Assembly (NCBI GenBank): GCA_013265495.1
Contig: MU058226.1
Span: forward strand, 582,741-646,740
Length of the DNA: 64,000 nucleotides
Reading direction: 5' to 3'
Source: Vicugna vicugna
Taxonomy: Eukaryota
The translations under genes and the position numbers were made by a program. Shown here piece after piece: positions 1 through 15,800 of this stretch. Every line of letters begins with the position of its first letter. Position 1 is the stretch's first letter. The notes beneath the pieces were generated by a model, which saw only the letters and a program-made list of their open reading frames with translations, searched no databases and was not told where the DNA came from.

Positions 1-66
1 AAAGGGGCTGCTGGGCGCCTAGAGGGCGGCGAGCCCGGGAGCCCTGCAGCTGGAGATTTCCTAGGC

Positions 67-130
67 CCGCCCCTCCCCCTCCTCTGGGAGGCCGTCTTCT
101 TGGCAGACAGCAGATAGATGCATGACAAAG
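67..130 (+). promoter_or_regulatory. POU5F1: POU5F1 distal enhancer core (CR4): site 2A-like C-rich element and OCT4/SOX2 composite site 2B
   Basis: CCGCCCCTCCCCC at ~67-79. AGATGCAT-GACAAAG at 116-130 (reverse complement CTTTGTC-ATGCATCT, a Sox-Oct composite), ~2.1 kb upstream of the ATG. Confidence 0.85.
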
Positions 131-689
131 GGGCTATGATGGCTCTGTCCTGGGGGTTGGGGAGATGGCTGGGGAAAGGCCCCTCCTGTTTCAAAGCACA
201 TCTCTCCACCCCCACCAGGACCCTTAATCTATCTGCCTTTTGGGCAGTTAGTGGTTTAGAGGTAAATACAGCTCCAGCCCTGCTGCCCTGTAGATCCTCC
301 AGCAGACCTGTAGGAAGTATTGAAATGCAGGTTACAATTGGTTGCCCAAAAGTATGTACAGATGGTCTGGAACAGGGGCTGTATGATATAGATTCAGAGG
401 GGAAAAAAAACAAAAAAAACCCCCATGCTCAAAGGACTCCCAGATACCACCAAGGCTGCCACAGTCAGGAGGACCCCCACCAGAACACTCAGACCCTCAG
501 AAGGAAGATGCCGAGACATGACCCCAGCAAACAACCCCAGACCGAGCTGAGATGAAGTGACGCCTAAGTCGGCAGAGGTCCATGTCCCAGACTCAGGATT
601 CTGGCTTCCAAGCTGTAGGGAGCTCTGGTCCACAGCCTTTCCAGAGCCCCCCTCAAGTCACCTCGGGGCCTTCATTTAGGGCAAGTTTG

Positions 690-815
690 GGGAGCAGACA
701 GACAGGCATCATCCCAAACAGACAGTCTGAAATCTATTCTCTTGCAAACAGAATCAAGGACTAGGCCAGCAGCCTGAGCCCTTAGGACAGGCCCAGAAAA
801 ATAGACCCTGTGGGA
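690..815 (+). promoter_or_regulatory. POU5F1: POU5F1 conserved region 3 (CR3)
   Basis: CTATTCTCTTGCAAACAGAATCAAG...CCAGCAGC...GGCCCAGAAAAA block resembles recalled human CR3 and lies between CR4 and CR2. Confidence 0.6.
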
Positions 816-1094
816 GAGAGAGCTTAGGACAGGCTTCCTGTACCCCCTCCCCAAGTCACTCTCCACCCTCTCTGCATCTTTTCGCCAGCCCCCCTAAACA
901 AAGGCTTGGGGGACTGGGGGAGGGGTGGGTGTCAAGGCTGGACGCCTGAGTCCTCTAGAAGGGGACGGGATACCTGGGTCCCAGCGGGGGGCCCGTCTGA
1001 GGCTCAGTCTTTGAGGGGATGTGGGGATAGTTGCTGGAGCTCTTGAGGGGGGGTTGGGGGCGGGGGGGTTGGGGGGCAGGAAGCTGTCCCCAGG

Positions 1095-1250
1095 GGAGCC
1101 ATCCAGGCCCATTCAAGGGTTGAGCACTTGTTTAGGGTTAGAGCTGCCCCCTCTGGGGACCAGGATTGTCCAGCCAAGGCCATTGTCCGGCCCCCTTCCC
1201 CCAGTCCCTCCCAAAGCCTCTTTGAACCTGAAGTCAGATATTTTTTTCTC
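1095..1250 (+). promoter_or_regulatory. POU5F1: POU5F1 proximal enhancer (CR2) with NR5A (LRH-1/SF-1) sites
   Basis: TCAAGGGTT at 1113-1121; CCAAGGCCA at 1174-1182 overlapping Sox-like CATTGTC; followed by a C-rich site 1A-like tract. Confidence 0.75.
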
Positions 1251-2119
1251 CCCCCTCCCTCCTTGGCTTTCCCCACCCAGGGCCTAGGGCTGGAGGCCTG
1301 GGCTGGGAGGTGGGGGAGGGAGAACAGTCAACTACAGTGCGGATATTCGGGTCCCTGAAGGGGGGAGGGTGGGTAAGAAACCTGATGTGTGCGACCCACA
1401 GTGGGGGATCCTTCAGGGGGTGTCCGATCCCTCTGTCTGGACAAAGGTTGGGAGATTCAGGCCCAGTTGGTCCAGAGCTAGCCCTTAGAAGGGAAAGTGG
1501 GGGTTCAATCCTTGGGTCTGGTAGGTGAGGGGGCTCTGGAACCAGGAAACCGGGGTATAGAATGGAAGCCTTGTCTGGCAGTCAGCTCCTGGCGATGGGG
1601 TGAAATTTGGCAGGCTGGGCAGATGGGTGCCGGGCACCATCGCAACTTTGGGGTAACTGAATCTGGCCAGTAATCTGGATGGGAATGTCTAGGTTCCCGG
1701 ATTGGGGTGGGGGAGGACAGCAGCCGGGGTCTGCTAAGGAATTGAGGCGTACCCCCAGCAGTACTTGGCACATTACAACGAATGTTTGAGGAGCTGGCTG
1801 GCTGGGCTCCAGTGACAGTGCCAAGGTCTTTGGAGAGGGGTCCAGCACCCGGGCTTCTGGAAATCGTGCAGGAGGTGTGGAAGGGATCCCAGACGGCTCC
1901 CGATGTGCGCGGACGGTGGAGAAGGAGGGTGGCTTGTCGGGAGTTGGAAGTGAAGGTCCGCATGGGGGACTTGCAACCAAGAGCCTTGGGGTCTGGGGCC
2001 TGGAGAGGCTCCCAGTTGGAGCTCCAAGGTTTCGCCTTCCACCGATACCATCGCCACTGTCAGGCAAACACCCTCCGCCTCAGTTTCTCCCACCCCCACC
2101 GTCTCCTCCCCCAACCATC

Positions 2120-2240
2120 CAGGGGGCGGGGCCAGAGGTCAAGGCTAGTGGGTGGGATTGGGGAGGGAGAGAGGGGTTGAGCAGTCCCTTGGAGAGCCCT
2201 CGTTTTACTAGGCCCCCGGCTTGGGGCGCCTTCCTTCCCC
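2120..2240 (+). promoter_or_regulatory. POU5F1: POU5F1 TATA-less proximal promoter (CR1): Sp1 box and DR0 hormone-response element
   Basis: GGGGGCGGGGCC at 2122-2133, then AGGTCA-AGGCTA at 2136-2147 (known GCNF/SF-1/COUP-TF element), ~100 bp upstream of the ATG. Confidence 0.85.
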
Positions 2241-6699
<4,459 letters not shown>

Positions 6700-6929
6700 G
6701 GTGCCTGCCCTTCCCAGGAATGAGGTGGAGGGCAGAGGAAGGGGAGAGCTAGGGAGAGAACCCTGGGGTTTGTACCAGGGCTTTGGGATTAAGTTCTTCA
6801 TTCACTAAGAAAGGAATTGGGGACACAAAGGGTGTGGGGCAGGGAGTTTGGGGTAACTGATTGGAGGGAAGGTGAAGTTCAATGATGCTCTTGATTTTAA
6901 TCCCCACATCACTAATCACTTTGTGCTTA

Positions 6930-6935
6930 AATAAA
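6930..6935 (+). terminator. POU5F1: POU5F1 polyadenylation signal
   Basis: AATAAA ~230 nt after the stop codon, followed by GT-rich sequence. Confidence 0.85.
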
Positions 6936-8078
6936 GAAGCCTGGGACCCGGTAGATGGATACACTTGTCTTTGGTTTATCCTCCTTTGGTTACTGAAGGG
7001 TGGACGGGGATATCTAATAGTGGATATTAACAGCTCTCAGACCCAAATGACCCTGTAGCTAAGGTGCCCTTTAAGCTGCTGAGAGTCACAATGTCACAGG
7101 GAGATCTGGGATTGGAATCTGAGTTTATAAGTAGAGGGCTCATATGGGTGTGAACTTAGTTCTTAGGATCCTGTGACCTGGCTTCTGGGAAAATTGGAGG
7201 TAAGTGCCTTATTTTTGCCCAAAGATGCAGTTACTGCATAGTCCATTTCCTATTAGAAGCTGCCTTTTTGCTTTTCCTCACTCTACTCTAAAAGTCCTTA
7301 GTGGCTTTATGCCAAGAAATCGAATCTTCTAGATAACTTTTTTCTTCTGTTTATCACCCCAACCAGAAATCCCACCTTTTGCGTTCTTGATACGGGGTCC
7401 GTTTGGTTCCCACCTAAGGTTTTTGCCTACCCTGTCTGTAAGTGTCTCACCCCACCCCACCCCACCCCACCCCAATTTTAGTCCTGGCTCTGCCACTACC
7501 TGATTGGGGCCCTTGCTCTGGACCTTTCCTCAATGTGTAAAAAAGTTGGGTTGGTAATAAGTAGGAGATGGAAGGGGATGGACATGCAGATTGCAATAGA
7601 ATAGGTCAAGATGAGGCTTTCCTAATTAGAACCATAGAAATGATGCTTTGATAGCATCTTGGCTTGGAGTAAGACTCAGAAGAGAGTCATTGTAGCATAT
7701 GTGGATCAACTGATATACTGGACCAGGTCGCATCTGCTCTAGCCCGTGTCCCAGATTTTATCTTCCTGGTAGTACTGGTGGAACTTGTAAAAGTTCTGCC
7801 ACCCTCATGAACTTGACCAAATTCCAAATACCTTATTTGAATGGCACTGGATCTGTTTTCCTTTAAACGAGAAACTGTAATTACCTTTTTTCCTGTCTTT
7901 CTATCTGCAGTTCATCCCATGCACCTTTTCAGTGAGTAGGTTCATATTTCTCTGTGCCTTGTCTGCTCATCTCTCTTCCCCTAAGAATCTGATTTAGTTC
8001 TCCAGACTTTACCAAGTCCATCCTCCCAAGAATTGGAAAGCAAGGAGTATCAGACCCACGGACAGAAGCTGCTTATTC

Positions 8079-8084
8079 TTTATT
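8079..8084 (-). terminator. TCF19: TCF19 polyadenylation signal
   Basis: AATAAA on the minus strand ~510 nt downstream of the TCF19 stop. Confidence 0.65.
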
Positions 8085-8595
8085 TGGAAATGGAAGCAAA
8101 GCTCTGAAAAGCCAGGTCACAATCATTGTCAGTGGAAGGATTACTCACAATGTAAGAAGGAAGTCTGGGGCTGTGCCCTAGGTTTTCCCAGAGGTGCCTT
8201 AGGTGATGCCATCCAAGGACATTAAGAACTTGCTTGTTCAAGTCTGGGGCTTCCACCTTCCCAGGCATGACCTCTGCAATTTATGGGTGCTCTTGACCAC
8301 AGACATCCTAGGGTCCATGACAACATCTTATAAGTGGGACTCTCCAGCTCACTTCCTAGCTGGAGCAACTTCCTAGATGCAGCAATATCTTTGGCAGGAA
8401 ACCATCTCTTCTGTCACGTTGGCCATGAGGGCTTGCTCCAGGCCTTGAATTGACATCCATAGCCATGGACCCTTCCCCTGCAGTCATTCCCTCCTGGGGA
8501 GGCAAGGGAAAAGAGGGTATCTCTTAGGATCCACTGGCACCCCAGTGTCCACCTGGAAGTGCCAGCTCTGTCCTCTGGTGCTTTGGTGGTGGGCC

Positions 8596-10934
8596 TTAGG
8601 TCTGGATACCTACACGACACCCTGGGCATCGAAAGTCGGCTTCCCTGGCAGCCTGGATGCTGCAGCCAACACAGGCCACGTGGAACCAGATGTCACAACC
8701 ATCACACTGAACCCAGGCTACTGTCTCTTCTTGGGGTAGGCAGCAACAAGGGGCTGCACAGGGCTCCCCGCCCCCAACTGCAGGGGAGGCCCTGGGCGTG
8801 CTCACTGGGTGCTTCCGAGGACGCCCACGTCGATTTCTGAAGAAAGTGACACAAAAACCAGGGTCACTGGAAACCTGCAGTAGCCTAGGACTTTCCCCTG
8901 GATAACTGAGAGTGAACCTAGATAGATTTACTAGACGAATGGTGAATCTGGTTAGTAGAACCAACCTAGGTCTTGCCATTCCAAAATCTGTTCCACCTCC
9001 AACCCCCCAAGCAGAGAGCCACCTCCCAGCCTAGGGCTCTAAAACGGAATCAAGGCAGTGAAATACTGAGACCGAGATTTTTCCACTTACCCATTGGGTG
9101 TCGGAGTCTTCTCTACACGGAGTTTCTTCCTGGGCTCCATAAGGACTGGTGGGGGGCTCTCGGGAGCCTCTCTCTCATCATCCAGTTCTGCCAGCACTCG
9201 GTGAGCTGATTTCCTCCGGTTTCTTGGGGCTGGGGCAGAAGGGGTGGTCCCTACTTCCCCAGGGGGAGTTGGAGTGGGCTGGCTCTGTAGCACCCCCCCA
9301 CTCCGAGAGAAGGTGAGGGGCTGGGAGTGGAGCTTGCTGAGGCTGCCAATGGAGTTGAGGATCAGCGTGGCTTTGGGGGCAGGGGAGAGGGTGCTGAGGG
9401 GGCGCTGTGGAGCCCCCTGGGAGGGCAGTACGGGCTGGAAACCAGTCCCGGTTCCCTGGTCTCCCCTAGACCGTGGAATGGTAATGGCAGCAAAATCTTG
9501 AGGTTTGACTCGGACTTGCTGAAACATGTAGAACTCCGAGGGGCTGGTTCCTGGGGGGCCTTCTGGACCAAAGGTCAGAAGGTCACCATCACTCAACTCC
9601 AGCCTGTGACCCCTTGGGAGTCGGACATTATTGACCAAAGTCCCTGTTGATGGTAGGGCACCAGACAGAACGACAAAAACAAACAACTGGTCAGAAGTGG
9701 AGAAATCTGGTCCTGTTTGATTTTCTGGGGAACACGAGGAAGAACATGACACCTGTCATCAAATTCTTACATTCTAAGTCCCTCCAGGTGACATCAGATA
9801 TGAACTCCTTGTGAGTTGGGAATGTTTATTTTTCTTATGCCCTCCCACAGGGCATGTGGAGGGAATGAACTTCCATCACACCACTGAGGTCTGATTCTCT
9901 GAGATGCTGTCACGCAGCTCCAACTCAGCACTTATCAACATAGCTCAGACTGTCTGGGTTCAAATTCAAACTCCACCACTTACCAGCCATATGACCCTGG
10001 ACAAATTAGCCTCTTTGTACCTCACTTTCCTTGTCTGTAAAATGGGGATGATATTTGTGCTCATTTACATTTAGTGCACTCAGAACAGTGCTTGGCTCTT
10101 AAGAGTAAGCACTAAATGAATATTGGCTGCTATAGTTAACCAATCCCCACAACACTTCCCAAGCAGACCTAGCAAAGACTTACATCTTACCTAAGAGTAA
10201 CCTAAGACATAGAGAGGTGAAGTGACAGGCCTGAGTGACAATGCCAGGGGCCAGTGGCAGAACTCAATGTGAATCCAAGCCTGAGGATTGGATGTAAATC
10301 AGGAAGTAAGGAAGACACTCCCAGATCATTCAAACAACTCAACATATAACTGTCCTAAGCAAAGACCAATGTGCCTTCGCAGATATGGAAACTGAGTCAT
10401 GTCTGAGCTTGGTCCCCAAAGACTCCAGAACAATCCCAATGTGATACTGCCCTGATGATACCCCATGCCCTGGATCTACCTACCAGCCCTTGTATGAGCT
10501 AAACAGGGCCCATCAAGGATCAGCCCTGGAAAGAGCTTCTGATACTGCACACTCCTTAGTGGGAAGACAGGTCTGGATGACAATTGTCCATCCAACCTGA
10601 TGGGGAGTTTGGGAGGCAGGCAGGGTCCCTGTCGAGACTCATTCCAGCCCAGAACTGTGGCTGCCCAGGTGCAAGGCTGCTCTGCTCACTCCTCACCTTG
10701 GCTGCTATGGTCCTCCAGGCTGACCCTCCAGTCATCGCCCCGGCGCTCAGCATGCAGCTCTGCGTGGACTCCAGAGATGAGGCCAGGCTCCTGCTGGGGC
10801 CGCAGGGCCACATCACACAGGTCGGCCCGGCAGCCCAGGCGGTAGGTGCAGCCAGTCCCGCTTGGAGGGTGGAAGGTGTAGAGATCGACACCCTTGCCGC
10901 CCCCTATGCGCAGCAGCTGGAAGCAGGGCAGCAT
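8596..10934 (-). CDS. TCF19: Transcription factor 19 (FHA domain and PHD finger), 343 aa
   Basis: complement(join(8596..8836,9091..9643,10697..10934))=1032 nt. MLPCFQLLRIGGG start, FHA domain (LEDHSSQGTLVNN), PHD finger (WVQCDGCDIWFHVACVG...CPGC). GT-AG introns in phase. Confidence 0.97.
9950..10125 (+). mobile_element. MIR SINE fragment
   Basis: ctgggttcaaattc...tgaccctggacaaatt...ctgtaaaatggggatgat, the MIR core motifs. Confidence 0.65.
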
Positions 10935-11649
10935 GGGCGGTGCCCCCTCCACAACCTCTTTCACTTCAGGAATCCATCACCTTTCCCACTCCTGGGCCAT
11001 GCACAGCTGGCCTAAGTTCACTTTCGTTCTGATGCAAGCTTGAGCTGTGCTTTGGGCAATTTCAACTTTGGGCACACTCCCTGAGTAATGCAAATTCAGA
11101 GTGCGAGGAGCCTAGGATGTTATGTAAAATTGGCTGTCAACAGATTTGCAACTGAAAAATCTGGTGAAGGTCCCAGGGTAGTGCAAAAACGAAGGCGTCC
11201 TATGGCATTAAGTTGAATCAGATCCTCAGTCCGCAGGATATTCCAGGAGCCTTCAATCTGTGCAAGGCAACAATACATTAGGCAGCTTCTAGGGAAGTTC
11301 TGTAGGTGTATGGGTTGGGGGTGGGTTCCTGCTTCTGTGTGATACTAACTTGTCACCTCGGTGTAATCTGCAGAAGAGAAGCTTCTTTCTGTCAAACATT
11401 TTTATCCAAATGGAGTAACCCTCTTGCCAGCCCGCGCCTGGCTCTTCTGGCCAATCCCACACTCATAACTAGTTAGTCTGAACCACAGTAGAAAATGTAT
11501 CCACTGTCACCCCCAAAAGGCAGTGCAAACGAGTCTCTACGTTCTCCAACCAAGCAGATCTAAAACCCTGCTTCCTGACTTCTCCAGGTGGGGTAAAAAC
11601 AGGAAAGGGCTCCCCAGGATCATGCAAGGCAAAACCAGCATTTTTCCTC

Positions 11650-12260
11650 CCCGCCCCAGCCCGGTTCGTATCTACCGCGCGGTGCAGTCTCGGAGTGGTC
11701 CCCTCTCCAGGCAGTGCCAGCCTGTGCGGCAGCCCAGGACCTCTCGAGCTCCGGCCGGGGCTGGCTCTCCTGCGGCTGTTTGACAGCGAGGAAGCGAGGC
11801 CAGGAGGGGCGCGGCCTCAGTGCGCGGGCAGCGCCGACCCCGCCTTCGGAATTCCCGGGTCCGAACTTCGCGCCGAGCGAGCCCGCCCCTCGTGCTGTTT
11901 CTGATTGGCCAGCTCGTTTGCCCTCCTTCTCTGCATTGGGTAGCTTGCTGGGAGGATCCCCGATCTCCCGCCTTCCGCTTTTTCTGATTTGTTCACAAGT
12001 TTTCCCGGGTTCCCGGAGTCGGGAGGAGCCGCCAGGGCGCGGAGATGCCCCTAATGCCTTAATTGGGCTGGGCTTTAGACACTACTGCGCCTGCGTGCAC
12101 TTCTTTCCCTCCTCCTTCCGGGGTAGTACAGGGCTTTAGAGCGGCCCGCCAACCTGCCCGCTTTGCGCAGGCGCGGTCTGGAGCGGAGGCCACGCCCGGG
12201 ATCTAGGTGTAGGGGGTGTGGCCAAAGGGCAGAAGGGTCTCTCGCGCTGGGTAAGGGGCA
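11650..12260. promoter_or_regulatory. CpG-island bidirectional promoter shared by TCF19 and CCHCR1
   Basis: CpG-dense. E2F-like TTCGCGCC (11867-11874), several ATTGG/CCAAT boxes (~11904, ~11935, ~12062), NRF1-like GCGCCTGCG and GCGCAGGCGC (~12086, ~12165). A donor G|GTAAGG at 12250/12251 fits a non-coding CCHCR1 first exon. Confidence 0.85.
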
Positions 12261-12856
12261 TTCGGGGAGAGTCGGTTGGGGGCGGGAAGGGGCTGTGAAA
12301 GGGTTGCAGGGGTGGGTTCAGGGGTCCACAGGGTGAAGAGTACAGGGGCCGGGGGAAGGAACAAATGAGGTGGTCAGAAAGCCTTCGAGCTCAGCGTCCA
12401 GCAGAGTGAAGACTCAGGAGTATCTGGGGAAGAGGAGCGAGGGAGAGCAGGCTATTGAGTTGAGGGATGAGAGTGAGGGGCCAGAAGAATTCCTTCAGGA
12501 TGAAAGCGAAGTAGGATGTGGGGAGGAGGGTAGGAATCCCAAATTGGGGGAAAAATAGATGAATTCGGGTGGGAGAGTGGGGAATTCTTGAAGAGCCCTC
12601 TCTATGCTCTAAGTCTCTGGAGAGGCTGATGGGCGACAGAAATGGAACCTGAGGGGACAGTAGAGAGAAACTGAGGAAAGTTGCTGGAAGGGTTTGGATG
12701 AGATGTCAGGAAGCTGACTTTCCTGCCAAGGGGTCTAGGCTGCCTGGATCCCTCCCTCCCCCCGGGGTCCTGAGTAGGCATCCTGCCCTACTTTTGGCCA
12801 CATTCATCTGGGGCCAGGCTTGGGCCAGTGCTTTGAGAGGGAAGGATCCAGGAGTC

Positions 12857-15800
12857 ATGGCTTGGTGGTGTCTGGATGGGCTTCCTCAAGGCCTTGCTGA
12901 GCCGTGGAGAGAACTCTGGAGATTGGGCTCACAGCCCCTGCACTGCATACCTCCTTTCTCACCTCCATCCAGGAACGGCAGAGACTGTAGAAACTTAAGG
13001 AGGATGGTAAAGGCACTGCCCAGAATTCTAAACATATGAGTAAAACCTAAGAGCCTCTCAGCCTGTTTCAGTACATTCTCTCCATCTCATGGCTGTTGCT
13101 GTAGTTCTATCAGGAACCAAATTGAGAAAAGCAAGTTGATCTTCGAGTATTTCCTACTTCTTTTGGGAAGGAGGAAAAGAGGAGTTAAAAGTTGATGGAC
13201 CTGGCTGCTATTTAAGGATTATGACTTTGTTATTGTTAGGAGCGCTCTCTTGGGAAGGTGGCCTGAAAATTGAGTTGGAGTGTCCTTGTTTCTCCTATTG
13301 TCCAGGGGAACATAGATGGCTGGACACAGAATCTAGAGACTTCAAATAATGTGGAGATGTTTCGACCTTCAGGTCAGTGGGACCTGGCAAGGGGACTGGT
13401 GATTGTGTCTCCCTGGGGAACTGACCATCTTTGTCCTTGCGATTCCTCAGGTTCCACTGGGCTGATTCCCCCATCCCACTTCCAAGCTCGGCCCCGTCCA
13501 ACTCTGCCAAGAATGGCTCCCACTTGGGTCTCAGACATTCCCCTGATCCAACCCCCAGCCCATCACGATGTCTCAGAGAGGCAGCCAGACAACCAGAGAC
13601 TTCAAGTGACCATGTGGGAACCGGAAGTTTCTGGCAAAGGGCAGGAGCCCAGGTGGAGAGGCAGGTAGGGGTCCACCGTGGCTGTTTTCTCAGGCTTGCT
13701 CGCCAGTGACCCTTCTTCAGTGAAATAGATTTCTTACGCTATTTCAGCCCTTAGTTCCGTGATTTGTTCATTTTTAAGTAAGAAATTGTTGGTGCCTATA
13801 ATGCGTAAATAATCATAAGGCCATGTGTTAGCTGCTAGGGACAGGGGTACCAAAAATGAGTAAGAGAGATCCTGATATTAAGGAGTTTAAAATCCTAAGG
13901 GAAGAGATAGCTTGGTCCGCAGCTGATATATTAAGCATAGTATAAAACAAGAAGTGTGGGCTGGGCATACAGACCCGGTGCTGTGGCGGTGTGCATTCAT
14001 TCTGATGGAGTTGGCTGTTCTATTTGTCAACGTGCTGTCTGTTAAAATTCTTATTCTTGATGTTTCATGTGGGTCTTTTCCCAAATGGACTGGAACATCA
14101 TTTTCTGCCATTTTGCTCTCAAGCAGAAATGCTGATGGATCTACCTTGGACCCCACCCTAGAGAAGGGTGCATGATGATGCAAAGGTAGCCCTGGAGTGA
14201 ATGTCAGGAGATGGAGACTCTCCGTGGCTAGTTTGGCTACCAGTGAGGAGTCTTTTGACCAGTCACTTAATTACTCTAGGCTGCAGATCTCTGCCACTTT
14301 TTAAAAAAGTCCTGTGGTCCTGGGCCTCAGTGAGGGAGCTGTATCAAGAGCCATGTCATAAGCGGCTTTAAACTTTATGTGACACCAGTAGGCTGTGCTC
14401 TCCAGAGGTTGGGACTATGTAATTTATTGAGGTGCTGCCCTCAGACTTCTCACGCAGTATACCTGACATTCAATAAATGATTTTAATGAGCGCCTGGCCT
14501 TGCTGTACTGATACTGGAAGCTGTGACCTTTCTTTGCACCTCCCTAACTTTTCCTTGCCCTTAAATCAGAATTCAGAAGTCTCCGAGTGTCTTTCCAACT
14601 TGGACTGTGTCACCTCATAATATGTGCATTTGATGTTTAACATATCTGCCTATGTATTGCCCCCAAGAGAGCATGTTCTGTGATCTCAGCTAGCCTTTAG
14701 GTCCTGTGGGCCCAGGTATGCTTAGTGGGGCCTGGATGAATGTTGATGCTGGTGGAAGTGCAGAGATCCCCAGGGCCCAGTTTCATCCCCTGCCATCTCC
14801 CCACTCAGGAGCAGAGGGAGTCTCTTCTTCTCCTGTCTCCATTTATGCCTTGGCCACTCTCTTGGCATGAGACAGGTCTCACCTGTGCTAACCTGTCTTC
14901 GAAGGTCCGTGGAGCTACCTGGGTCGCAGGCCCTGAGCCAGCAGGCTGAGCTGATCTCTCGGCAGCTGCAAGAGCTGCGGCGGCTGGAGGAGGAGGTCCG
15001 GGTGCTGCGGGAAACCTCGCTGCAGCAGAAGATGAGGCTAGAGTCCCAGGCCATGGAGCTGGAGGCTCTGGCCCGGGCGGAGAAGGCCGGCCGTGCTGAG
15101 GCCGAGGGCCTGCGTGCCGCCTTGGCGGGGGCTGAGGTTGTCCGGAAGAACCTGGAAGAGGGGAGCCAGCGGGAGCTGGAGGAGGTTCAGAGGTTGCACC
15201 AAGAGCAGGTGAGTGTGGGTGTGAGAAGGGTTCAACTTCTCAACGTGAACTGGGCAGGAGCTCCCCAGCAGAGAGCAGTGATGAGATGTTTGGTGAAGGT
15301 GAAAAAACTGGTGCCCTGGAAAGAAGGAGGACTTGGGTGTGTTGGTCTTATTCAGACTGCACTTTCCCCCAGGACTCAGGTGACCTCCCACCACTTGAAG
15401 CCCTCCTTCCCCTTCCAGTAGGAAGTAGTTTGTCTTCCTACTTTTCTCTAGGTACCCAGTTCATAAGGGAGCACTGGGAAAGGGGAAGCAGAGTCCTAAG
15501 GTGGGCTGGAAAGGGGAGATTATTCAATCAGCAAGCATTTATCTCTGCTTGCTCTGTGCCATCCTGAGACAGGAGCTGGGACACTGGGGTGAGCGAATTA
15601 GCCCAGTCCCTGCCCTCAGGGGTGGAGCTGACAGCCTAGTGAGGGCACACACATTCAAGGCTTAATTTAATCCTAATTCATTCATTGCCATTGGGAGAAG
15701 TGCCATGAAGGAGAAGGACAAAGGAGCCCTAACTGGTCTGGGGGTTTCCAGGACGCCACCCTAACCAGTTGACGTGTGAGGAAGTAAAGACATTGAAAGA

